IMG/VR virus record: IMGVR_UViG_3300047554_000536 | Location: 1 to 64,000 of that record | DNA length: 64,000 bases | Source of the DNA: a virus | Direction: 5' to 3' (one strand) | In this document: one piece after another, positions 41,252 to 47,981 of the stretch | Layout: each line of letters opens with the position of its first letter | Numbering within the stretch: the stretch's first letter is position 1 | Program-made: the position numbers and the translations under genes | The notes under the pieces: generated by a model | Told to the model about the DNA's origin: nothing | Database searches by the model: none | The model's input: the letters and a program-made list of their open reading frames with translations, nothing else

Positions 41252-41679
41252 AAATAGGACAATGGATTGCAAAGCAAGAGCGTAAGTACTTGCCAAGCTT
41301 GAGGAGAAACAAACGATATAAATTTGCAAAGGCAGTTATACTAGCACCTTTATTAGTGCCACTGTATTACTTGCAAGTGGGTATAGTGAAGTTGAAATCT
41401 AAACGTATATCACAGTCAGCAATCTTTACAAAGATGCAACACATTGTGGATGGGTGGACAAACCTAATCATTGAGGATCCAGTAGCTGAAGAGATAGCAT
41501 TGAGTCGAGCTTCGATTTGTGCTGGATGTCCTTTTGCTGAGATGTCTACTGGATTGCATACAGTGGTGGTTGATAACAAGACAAAACAGATTCGAGGTAT
41601 GAAGTGTGGTAAATGTGGATGTCCACTTAGCGCAAAGGTGAGAAGTCTAAACGATCACTGCCCGGAAGGAAAATGGTAA
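41248..41679 (+). CDS. Cys-rich hypothetical protein
   Basis: RASICAGCP...CGKCGCPLSAKVRS...CPEGKW. Confidence 0.65.
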   Translation: MKIGQWIAKQERKYLPSLRRNKRYKFAKAVILAPLLVPLYYLQVGIVKLKSKRISQSAIFTKMQHIVDGWTNLIIEDPVAEEIALSRASICAGCPFAEMSTGLHTVVVDNKTKQIRGMKCGKCGCPLSAKVRSLNDHCPEGKW

Positions 41680-41927
41680 GAAAGAAGTCTACTCAAGTGG
41701 CCTTAGTGGTTTATCACCATGAACTCAATCAACTAGAGCTTGTAGCAGAGGTGATTAAGTATTGTCTAGGTTATGAGGATACACAAGCATTCAACTGTGC
41801 TCACATGGTAGTTAATCGTGGTGAGTATGTGGTTAAGACTTTTAAAGTATCTGAGATTGAGAAGGCTAGAATGATAGTACAACTATTTATAGATCAGGAG
41901 GTTCCTGCTAAACTATTACCAATATGA
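41673..41927 (+). CDS. ClpS-like protease adaptor
   Basis: LVVYHHELN..V...I..CLGY...QAFNCAHMVVNRGEYVVK resembles Bacteroidota ClpS. Confidence 0.6.
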   Translation: MVRKKSTQVALVVYHHELNQLELVAEVIKYCLGYEDTQAFNCAHMVVNRGEYVVKTFKVSEIEKARMIVQLFIDQEVPAKLLPI

Positions 41928-42514
41928 AAAAACTACTATTACTACTACTATTAATTCCAACACTGGTCTTTGGACAAAAACCTTTAAGAGACTCAGTCAA
42001 AGTCAAAACATCTATCTATGAGGTTATGTACAGCGAAAAGCTAGAAAGCCCATTGTGGGTTAAGTACACTGTACAATGCCCAACTGGTACCGCATCACGA
42101 TCTGGAATGGATTTCTATGTGTGTGACTCTATCAAGACATCTGACAATGCTGACTACGCTAACAATGTATACGATAAAGGTCACATGGCTCCGGCTGCTG
42201 ACTTCAATTGTACTACACCAATGCTACGTCAAACCTTTAGCTATCTAAACTGCGCACTGCAAGATCAATATTTAAACAGAGGTGTGTGGCGTATGCTGGA
42301 GATACAAGAGCGTGAGTGGGCAAAGGTAGAACCAGTATCGGTTAAGATTGTAGTTGTATTCGATAAGACATCAAAGAAGCTACCTACTGGAGCTACAATA
42401 CCAGCTGGATTCTATAAAATAATCACTTTGGAGAAGTCTAAGAAGACTTACAAGTACTACTTTCCAAATGTGAAACCAACCAAAGCAAAATTTTCTGACT
42501 ACCTTGTTGCATAA
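41924..42514 (+). CDS. secreted DNA/RNA non-specific endonuclease
   Basis: Signal peptide MKKLLLLLLL; YDKGHMAPAADF, TFSYLNCALQ..LNRGVW. Confidence 0.9.
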   Translation: MKKLLLLLLLIPTLVFGQKPLRDSVKVKTSIYEVMYSEKLESPLWVKYTVQCPTGTASRSGMDFYVCDSIKTSDNADYANNVYDKGHMAPAADFNCTTPMLRQTFSYLNCALQDQYLNRGVWRMLEIQEREWAKVEPVSVKIVVVFDKTSKKLPTGATIPAGFYKIITLEKSKKTYKYYFPNVKPTKAKFSDYLVA

Positions 42515-42541
42515 TCGAAGATAAGACCGTATCTTTACGGT

Positions 42542-43459
42542 ATGAATCTAGGTTATGCATGTATCAATACGGAGCTACGCAAGCAGAATATCTTTGCTGG
42601 GCGTACCTGCCGTAAGTCTAAGTTCGACGAGAAGGGCTTAGAATATGTAGGTGAGTTAGGGTTACAGAACCTACGAGACTTACTACAAATTGTTCAATGG
42701 AATGAGCGTAATGGTATTAAATTCTACCGTATCGGCTCTGACATATTCCCTTGGAGTAGCGAATATGAGTATGAGGACTTACCTCAGTACGATAAGATCA
42801 AACTATACTGCAAGGTCATAGGTGATTATGTTACTAAGGTTGGTCAACGACTAACATTCCATCCAGGTCCATTCAACATTCTAGGATCTTCTAATCCCGA
42901 TGTCATTAGACGTACTATGATCGATCTACGACATCATTCAGAGTTATTTGACTTGATGGGATTTGAACCTAGCGTATACAACAAGATTAATATTCACGTT
43001 GGTGCAGCATACAATGACAAGAACGCTGTACTAGATAAATGGTGCGAAAGCTATGAGAAACTTGATCCGAACACTAAGAAAAGACTTACAATCGAAAATG
43101 ACGATAAGCAAAGCCTTTACACTACTTACGATTTGTATCATGGCATACATAGGATGGTTGGTGTTCCTATTGTTTTCGATTATCACCACCATAGTTGCCA
43201 TCCTGGTGATTTATCCCATGCTGAAGCTTTGGAGCTTGCTATCTCCACGTGGCCGGAAGGCATTAAGCCGGTGGTCCATTATTCGTCTGCGAGACAAATA
43301 GAAGACGCAACAGCTAAGATCCAAGCACATGCTGACTACATCTATGAGAGCATTGACACATACGGACATGATGTCGATGTGATGTTAGAATGTAAAGCAA
43401 AAGAAGCAGCTCTGTTGCAATATCGCAAAAAACAGAGTATATTAATAGAAACAATTTAA
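42542..43459 (+). CDS. uvsE: UV damage endonuclease
   Basis: LGYACIN, FYRIGSDIFPW, RLTFHPG, INIHVG, IENDD, VFDYHHH, MLECKAKE. Confidence 0.92.
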   Translation: MNLGYACINTELRKQNIFAGRTCRKSKFDEKGLEYVGELGLQNLRDLLQIVQWNERNGIKFYRIGSDIFPWSSEYEYEDLPQYDKIKLYCKVIGDYVTKVGQRLTFHPGPFNILGSSNPDVIRRTMIDLRHHSELFDLMGFEPSVYNKINIHVGAAYNDKNAVLDKWCESYEKLDPNTKKRLTIENDDKQSLYTTYDLYHGIHRMVGVPIVFDYHHHSCHPGDLSHAEALELAISTWPEGIKPVVHYSSARQIEDATAKIQAHADYIYESIDTYGHDVDVMLECKAKEAALLQYRKKQSILIETI

Positions 43460-43469
43460 TCAATATAAT

Positions 43470-43697
43470 ATGAACTACACAGTAGCAGTCAAAGTAAAAT
43501 TTGAAGACGACAAAGGAAAAGTGAAAACTAAAACAGAGCGTTACTTAGTTGATGCAATGTCAGTAACGGAAGCAGAAACCCGTGTTGTAAAATTCATGGA
43601 AGGCACAATGGCAGATTTCGAAATCAGCTCAGCAAGCCAATCTCGCATCGTAGAGGTTATTCACCCAGCAACTACTCCTGACGTTTATGGCAAGTAA
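43470..43697 (+). CDS. DUF4494-like protein
   Basis: TERYLVDAMSVTEAETRV. Confidence 0.7.
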   Translation: MNYTVAVKVKFEDDKGKVKTKTERYLVDAMSVTEAETRVVKFMEGTMADFEISSASQSRIVEVIHPATTPDVYGK

Positions 43698-44028
43698 GAA
43701 TGTCACTGAACTAAAAGAGAAGTACCCTGAAATCGCTCAAGAGTTTGAGCGTATCGTTGCCGAGCAGTATGATCTGTTTGCAGGCAAGATGATTGACTAT
43801 GGGAAAGGAAACATTAGTGTTGGCACTAATCTAGAAACTCCCGAGGAAGTTAAGTTATCACTTACGGGGTTATGGTTCCGAATGAATGATAAGATGAATC
43901 GTTTGAAGAATCTTGTATTACTGAACCAAAACCCTAAAGTGACTACTGAGTCTACTCAGGACACTTTCCAGGACCTATCAATCTATGGTATCATTGCACA
44001 GATTGTGCAGAACGGTAAATGGAAGTAA
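43687..44028 (+). CDS. nucleotide-modification-associated helical domain (DUF1599-like)
   Basis: KMIDYG, RMNDKMNRLKNL, ESTQDTFQDLSIYGII. Confidence 0.7.
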   Translation: MASKNVTELKEKYPEIAQEFERIVAEQYDLFAGKMIDYGKGNISVGTNLETPEEVKLSLTGLWFRMNDKMNRLKNLVLLNQNPKVTTESTQDTFQDLSIYGIIAQIVQNGKWK

Positions 44029-44099
44029 TTTTTTATAGCTGTTGTCTATTTAAGATTATGGTCGTATCTTTGGCCTAACATTTAAAAAACACATAGCAT

Positions 44100-44327
44100 A
44101 TGAAGAATTGTAAAGTTTGCGGAATTGAAATTCCAGCTGGAAGATTGAAAGCATTACCAACAGCAACTACTTGCGTGGAGCATTCAACCACATCAAGGTT
44201 TGGTCATAACATAGTACAAGTTGGTAATCTAGAAGATGACGGATATCAAGAAGTTGAAGTAATCCGTGATCCGAAAGCTTTGGAGACACTTAATCAGTAT
44301 AAACAACAACAAGGCAATTACAAGTAA
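44100..44327 (+). CDS. DksA/TraR-type zinc-finger protein
   Basis: CKVCGIEIPAGRLKALPTATTCVEH. Confidence 0.75.
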   Translation: MKNCKVCGIEIPAGRLKALPTATTCVEHSTTSRFGHNIVQVGNLEDDGYQEVEVIRDPKALETLNQYKQQQGNYK

Positions 44328-44548
44328 TGGCTGACGATAGACACGAAGCGTACCGAATGCTGTTTGGAACAACTGAACTCAGTAGATTGTTTAGTAAGTA
44401 TGGTGAGTCTTATCCAACCGGATACATAGCGTATCGGTTACTAGAGATAAAGCATGAACACCCAGACAGCTCAGTAGCTCATATCATTCAGTTAGCTATC
44501 AAATTTTTTGAAGATGAGCGAACTGCAAGAAAGGATAACCAGAATTGA
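44327..44548 (+). CDS. hypothetical protein
   Basis: TAATG-coupled ORF. Confidence 0.55.
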   Translation: MADDRHEAYRMLFGTTELSRLFSKYGESYPTGYIAYRLLEIKHEHPDSSVAHIIQLAIKFFEDERTARKDNQN

Positions 44549-44879
44549 ACCAGTCTACGACTTTGATAAAGTTGCTGGAGGCTATTTCAAAATCTATTAC
44601 GGAGTGGAGACAGATGCTACAATCAAACTCAGCTTCGTACCTTTCCTAGATAATCGCATTCGTCAAAGTGATGAGTTGTTTAAGTATCTGAAGAAGACTT
44701 CAAAGGACAAAACCGTATCGCATGCAATATACGATTTGTATGACATAGGTTTTCCGGTCGATGAGTGGGTTGAAGAGTATATAGAAACTGCAAAGAATAG
44801 TGCAAATGCTGAACTCTTCAACGCACTCATTCACTTCTACAATCACATCAAAAATTTTAACACAGGAAGTATAGAATAA
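44508..44879 (+). CDS. hypothetical protein
   Basis: Operon-packed ORF. Confidence 0.6.
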   Translation: MKMSELQERITRIEPVYDFDKVAGGYFKIYYGVETDATIKLSFVPFLDNRIRQSDELFKYLKKTSKDKTVSHAIYDLYDIGFPVDEWVEEYIETAKNSANAELFNALIHFYNHIKNFNTGSIE

Positions 44880-45286
44880 TGGGATCAATATCAGATTACA
44901 TCGATTGTCCAAAGTGCGGTAACGAAGCACATCAGGAGTTTCAGTATAAGACTGGAGAAGAACATATCTTATGTTTGCATTGTGGTTACAGCCGCAAGTT
45001 CTACATATCGAATTGGGATGCGAAAGAGAGTGAGGGTGATGACTGGACTCCTAAGTATGAGCTAGAAGAGCTTGTTGGTCATGGAGCTTACAGAATCCGT
45101 GCAAAGGGTTTCAATGCATATGAGGTTGGTAGCTTTGCTAGTGAGGAAGAGATTGAGAGCTACAAGCAGATGGTTGAAGCTCGCAAGGAAGAGATTGCTC
45201 ACGCAGAGTATACTACAGTAGGTGAAGACGGCACATCATACGTAACAATCTTAATCCAAGGTGATATAGAAAGTTTTGAAGAATAG
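44879..45286 (+). CDS. zinc-ribbon hypothetical protein
   Basis: CPKCG...CLHCGY. Confidence 0.65.
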   Translation: MGSISDYIDCPKCGNEAHQEFQYKTGEEHILCLHCGYSRKFYISNWDAKESEGDDWTPKYELEELVGHGAYRIRAKGFNAYEVGSFASEEEIESYKQMVEARKEEIAHAEYTTVGEDGTSYVTILIQGDIESFEE

Positions 45287-45337
45287 CTGTTGCCTAAACG
45301 AAAATAAGGTAGTATATTTAAAGAAATAAACAAACAT

Positions 45338-45490
45338 ATGGCAGGTAACTGGAAATTAAAAATTGAATGTCTTGATCAGTGGATGAAGGCAACAACTGGA
45401 AAAGGGTTGTTTCGTGAGAAGTCGGAAAAACCGAAGACTGAAGTGAAATTTGGTAAACCAAATAGAACGAAATTCAACAAACAACGTTAA
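45338..45490 (+). CDS. small basic protein, 50 aa (not in ORF track)
   Basis: Follows the promoter at 45288-45320; TAATG-coupled to the next ORF. Confidence 0.55.
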   Translation: MAGNWKLKIECLDQWMKATTGKGLFREKSEKPKTEVKFGKPNRTKFNKQR

Positions 45491-45690
45491 TGGCTAAAAA
45501 AAGGGAAGAACCGGTCTTTGAGAAGTTTACAAGGATTTATGAGGATGAGGATACTAAGACAGTTTGGACATATGATTACTCAGTCACAAAGACCGGTCCC
45601 GTTAGTGTAGAGATCACTTACAAAAATCTCCCAAAGGTAGAAAGAAAAAAGAAAAAAACAAAAATAACTAGAAAAACTGTTGCAAAATAG
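45490..45690 (+). CDS. small basic hypothetical protein
   Basis: 66 aa, Lys-rich tail. Confidence 0.6.
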   Translation: MAKKREEPVFEKFTRIYEDEDTKTVWTYDYSVTKTGPVSVEITYKNLPKVERKKKKTKITRKTVAK

Positions 45691-45712
45691 GATTTTCTAG
45701 AGTATATTTAAA
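45677..45712 (+). promoter_or_regulatory. Bacteroidota-type promoter of the leader/tRNA operon (a TATTTATA motif follows at 45732)
   Basis: ctgttgca-aaataggattttctagag-tatattta matches the recurrent consensus. Confidence 0.65.
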
Positions 45713-45744
45713 GAAAGAAAGAAAACGAGTATATTTATATAAGC

Positions 45745-45867
45745 ATGAAAGCAAACCTTAGACATATAGCATCTTGTAATTATCGCCTAGAGCAATCGAT
45801 TCCGGCAGGAATGGGCTTTACGTGGGTGGATAGCAAATGCAAGTCCGAGGTTCACAAACTCATGTAA
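45745..45867 (+). CDS. putative attenuator leader peptide containing all 20 amino acids (MKANLRHIASCNYRLEQSIPAGMGFTWVDSKCKSEVHKLM)
   Basis: Translated by hand; A-rich start context; all 20 residues occur by codon 29; codons 34-37 carry the antiterminator arm. Confidence 0.8.
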   Translation: MKANLRHIASCNYRLEQSIPAGMGFTWVDSKCKSEVHKLM

Positions 45868-45910
45868 GGTAATGTAAAACAAACAAACCTAAATATAGAT
45901 GAACCTCGGA
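45844..45910 (+). promoter_or_regulatory. antiterminator helix of the tRNA-operon attenuator
   Basis: tccgaggttca (45844-45854) is the exact reverse complement of tgaacctcgga (45900-45910), the terminator's 5' arm. Confidence 0.8.
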
Positions 45911-45936
45911 TCCAAAAGATACCGAGGTTTTTTTTT
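45902..45936 (+). terminator. intrinsic terminator (attenuator) upstream of the tRNA array
   Basis: aacctcgg-atc-caaaa-gat-a-ccgaggtt followed by 7 further T. Confidence 0.88.
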
Positions 45937-45943
45937 GGGTTAA

Positions 45944-45955
45944 TGTTCTTTGAAA
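45944..45955 (+). promoter_or_regulatory. boxA-like antitermination element
   Basis: tgttctttgaaa resembles rrn boxA (TGCTCTTTAACA; GTTCTTTGA variants), just before the first tRNA. Confidence 0.55.
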
Positions 45956-45971
45956 TGTTGGATACAAAAAC

Positions 45972-46043
45972 GTATTAGTAGCTCAGTGGTAGAGCAGGCG
46001 GCTGTTAACCGTCAGGTCGTAGGTTCGAATCCTTCCTAGTACG
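45972..46043 (+). tRNA. tRNA-Asn(GTT)
   Basis: Cloverleaf; ggcgg-ctGTTaa-ccgtc. Confidence 0.92.
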
Positions 46044-46049
46044 CAATAT

Positions 46050-46124
46050 TGCGGGATGCGTAGAAGTTGGTTATCTCGTCAGTCTCATAAGCTGAAGTCC
46101 CCGGTTCGAGTCCGGGTCCCGCAA
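46050..46124 (+). tRNA. tRNA-Met(CAT), initiator-like acceptor stem
   Basis: tgcggga/tcccgca; tcagt-ctCATaa-gctga; lacks the three consecutive G-C anticodon-stem pairs of canonical fMet. Confidence 0.8.
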
Positions 46125-46130
46125 CATAAT

Positions 46131-46204
46131 GATCTCGTAGCTCAGTTGGATAGAGCACCTCACTTTTAATGAGGGAGTCGATGGTTCGAGCCCATCCGGG
46201 ATCA
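46131..46204 (+). tRNA. tRNA-Lys(TTT)
   Basis: cctca-ctTTTaa-tgagg. Confidence 0.93.
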
Positions 46205-46210
46205 CTTAAT

Positions 46211-46281
46211 ACGTCTGTGGTGAAATGGTATCATGCCGGTCTCCAAAACCGTTGTTGAGGGTTCGAATCCTTCCAGTCGTG
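46211..46281 (+). tRNA. tRNA-Trp(CCA)
   Basis: cggt-ctCCAaa-accg. Confidence 0.9.
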
Positions 46282-46286
46282 CAATT

Positions 46287-46359
46287 GCCTTCGTAGCTCA
46301 ATTGGCAGAGCACCGCACTTGTAATGCGGGGGTTGTAGGTTCGACTCCTATCGAAGGCT
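46287..46359 (+). tRNA. tRNA-Thr(TGT)
   Basis: ccgca-ctTGTaa-tgcgg. Confidence 0.93.
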
Positions 46360-46366
46360 CAAAAAT

Positions 46367-46440
46367 ATTGGTATAGCTCAATTGGTCAGAGCATTCGCCT
46401 GATACGCGAAAGGTTTCAAGTTCGAGTCTTGATATCAATA
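46367..46440 (+). tRNA. tRNA-Ile(GAT)
   Basis: ttcgc-ctGATac-gcgaa. Confidence 0.9.
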
Positions 46441-46446
46441 CTACAA

Positions 46447-46519
46447 CTAGGTGTGGGAAAGTTGGTAATCCGCGGCATTTGGGATGCTGAGATCGCAGGT
46501 TCGAGTCCTGCCACTTAGA
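46447..46519 (+). tRNA. tRNA-Pro(TGG)
   Basis: cggca-ttTGGga-tgctg. Confidence 0.9.
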
Positions 46520-46524
46520 CAAAC

Positions 46525-46598
46525 GGTCCTTTAGCTCAGTTGGTTAGAGCAGCTCGCTCATAACGAGAAGGTCTCAGGTTCGAGCCCTGAATGGACCA
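46525..46598 (+). tRNA. tRNA(CAT), probably Ile2 (lysidine) rather than elongator Met
   Basis: ctcg-ctCATaa-cgag; 5' GGTCCTTTAGCTCAG resembles ileX-type tRNAs. Confidence 0.8.
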
Positions 46599-46600
46599 CA

Positions 46601-46720
46601 AAGGAAGTGCAAGAGAGTCCTTAATGCGCAAAGAAGATCCTTGCTGTACAGTGTGGAAAGACATACAAAATAGTTTTAACGGGGGCTCCGGTTCTATTCA
46701 AAAACGCGATTAGCCTTCAC
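46601..46720 (+). ncRNA. candidate structured RNA in tRNA spacer 1
   Basis: Helices gcaag/cttgc, tgta/taca, aatag/ctatt; possible pseudoknot taatgcgc/gcgatta. Confidence 0.4.
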
Positions 46721-46722
46721 CA

Positions 46723-46795
46723 CTTTCCTTAGCTCAGTTGGTAGAGCGTTGCCCTTACATGGCAAAAGTCGTTGGTTCGAGTCCAGCAGGGAAGA
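46723..46795 (+). tRNA. tRNA-Val(TAC)
   Basis: ttgcc-ctTACat-ggcaa. Confidence 0.92.
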
Positions 46796-46865
46796 CAAGG
46801 AGTTCTCGATCTCAAGTGCTGGTTAGTGAAACATCTAATCGATGAGCCCATCAAAATCAGAATAG

Positions 46866-46947
46866 GCCTGTATCGCATAGCGGCAATTGCAGCTGACTGT
46901 AAATCAGCTCCCTAACGGGTTCGGAGGTTCGAGTCCTTCTGCAGGCA
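46866..46947 (+). tRNA. tRNA-Tyr(GTA)
   Basis: gctga-ctGTAaa-tcagc, long variable arm. Confidence 0.92.
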
Positions 46948-46955
46948 CAAAAAAT

Positions 46956-47028
46956 GGACCGGTAGCTCAGTTGGTAGAGCGTTGGCCTGAAGAGCCAAGC
47001 GTCGGGGGTTCGAATCCCTCCCGGTCCA
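46956..47028 (+). tRNA. tRNA-Phe(GAA)
   Basis: ttggc-ctGAAga-gccaa. Confidence 0.93.
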
Positions 47029-47037
47029 CAATAATAA

Positions 47038-47110
47038 GCAGGTGTCGTATAATGGCTTATTACTCCAGTCTTCCAAACTGGAGATGAGAGTTCGATTCTC
47101 TCCACCTGCT
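47038..47110 (+). tRNA. tRNA-Gly(TCC)
   Basis: ccagt-ctTCCaa-actgg. Confidence 0.93.
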
Positions 47111-47113
47111 CAA

Positions 47114-47194
47114 AAGACAGATACCCGACGGGGAACGTAGAAGCGCCGGAATGAATTAGCACTGTAGGTCCGGGACGTGTGCAAAGTCTGTCTT
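47114..47194 (+). ncRNA. candidate structured RNA in tRNA spacer 3
   Basis: 9-bp closing stem aagacagat/gtctgtctt; inner ccgga/tccgg and acgt/acgt. Confidence 0.5.
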
Positions 47195-47199
47195 ATCTT

Positions 47200-47272
47200 G
47201 GGGTTGTAGCTCAACTGGCTGAGCGTTACATTTGCAATGTAAAGGATGAGGGTTCGAATCCCTTCAGCTCCA
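47200..47272 (+). tRNA. tRNA-Ala(TGC)
   Basis: ttaca-ttTGCaa-tgtaa; G3-U70 pair. Confidence 0.93.
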
Positions 47273-47277
47273 CAATC

Positions 47278-47349
47278 GGTCCATTGGTGTAATGGTTAAC
47301 ATGCGGCACTGTCTATGCTGCGCTACGAGTTCGATTCTCGTATGGACCG
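47278..47349 (+). tRNA. tRNA-Asp(GTC)
   Basis: cggca-ctGTCta-tgctg. Confidence 0.9.
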
Positions 47350-47355
47350 CTATCT

Positions 47356-47426
47356 TGTCCTGTAGTGAAATGGCATCACACGGCGTTTTGGCCGCTGGGT
47401 TAGAGGTTCGAATCCTCTCGGGACAA
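47356..47426 (+). tRNA. tRNA-Gln(TTG)
   Basis: cggcg-ttTTGgc-cgctg. Confidence 0.9.
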
Positions 47427-47431
47427 CAATT

Positions 47432-47517
47432 GGAAGAGTAACTGCAGCGGCCTGCAGCACTGTCTTGAAAACAGCTGGTACCTTGACCGGTATGGGGATC
47501 GACACCTCACTCTTCCG
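47432..47517 (+). tRNA. tRNA-Ser(TGA)
   Basis: ctgt-ctTGAaa-acag, long variable arm, atypical T-loop (atcgaca). Confidence 0.82.
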
Positions 47518-47524
47518 CTTATAT

Positions 47525-47598
47525 GGTGTCTATAGCTCAGTAGGTAGAGCAAAGGGTTGTGGTCCCTTGTGCCGTGAGTTCGATTCTCACTAGTCACC
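47525..47598 (+). tRNA. tRNA-His(GTG)
   Basis: aaggg-ttGTGgt-ccctt; encoded G-1 opposite C73. Confidence 0.9.
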
Positions 47599-47603
47599 CA
47601 ATT

Positions 47604-47687
47604 GGAGAGTAAAGCAGTCAGGGCACTGTCACCGCCTGCTAAGCGAGTGGTACTTTCGAGTATGAATTTCGATTATTCTGCTCTCCG
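47604..47687 (+). tRNA. tRNA-Ser(GCT)
   Basis: cgc-ctGCTaa-gcg, long variable arm, divergent D and T arms. Confidence 0.78.
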
Positions 47688-47692
47688 CAAAT

Positions 47693-47764
47693 GCCTCTAT
47701 CGTTCAATGGATAGGACACGGCCCTTCTAAGGCTGTTATTGGGGTTCGAGTCCCTATAGAGGTA
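47693..47764 (+). tRNA. tRNA-Arg(TCT)
   Basis: cggcc-ctTCTaa-ggctg. Confidence 0.92.
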
Positions 47765-47766
47765 CT

Positions 47767-47897
47767 AGGTGATAAAAAAGCGTAGGTTGGTAGACGTGGA
47801 GAGACGTGTCGCAAGGGTACACACTTAGCAGCTCTATTATGGTGTGTGAAGCACTGCTCAGCAGATCCCAGATTCCTGATAAAGCCAACCATCACCT
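47767..47897 (+). ncRNA. candidate structured RNA in tRNA spacer 4
   Basis: aggtgat/atcacct stacked on ggttgg/ccaacc; inner tacacac/gtgtgtg. Confidence 0.55.
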
Positions 47898-47902
47898 TTC
47901 AT

Positions 47903-47974
47903 GCTCTGTTAGTTCAACGGATAGAACACTTGACTACGGATCAAGAGATAGGAGTTCGAATCTCTTACGGAGTA
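47903..47974 (+). tRNA. tRNA-Arg(ACG)
   Basis: cttga-ctACGga-tcaag. Confidence 0.92.
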
Positions 47975-47981
47975 CTAATAA

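Noticed and set aside
5183-45739. TATTTATA read as T4 late promoter TATAAATA on the minus strand
   Set aside because: No minus-strand genes follow, while every copy sits just upstream of a + strand start.
46599-47901. Theta (HDV-like), hammerhead, RNase P, SRP or SAM-riboswitch identity for the spacer RNAs
   Set aside because: By eye none shows the required topology or conserved cores (nested double pseudoknot, CUGANGA/GAAA, GAGGAAAGUCC, SRP helix-8 motif); left unassigned pending an Infernal search.
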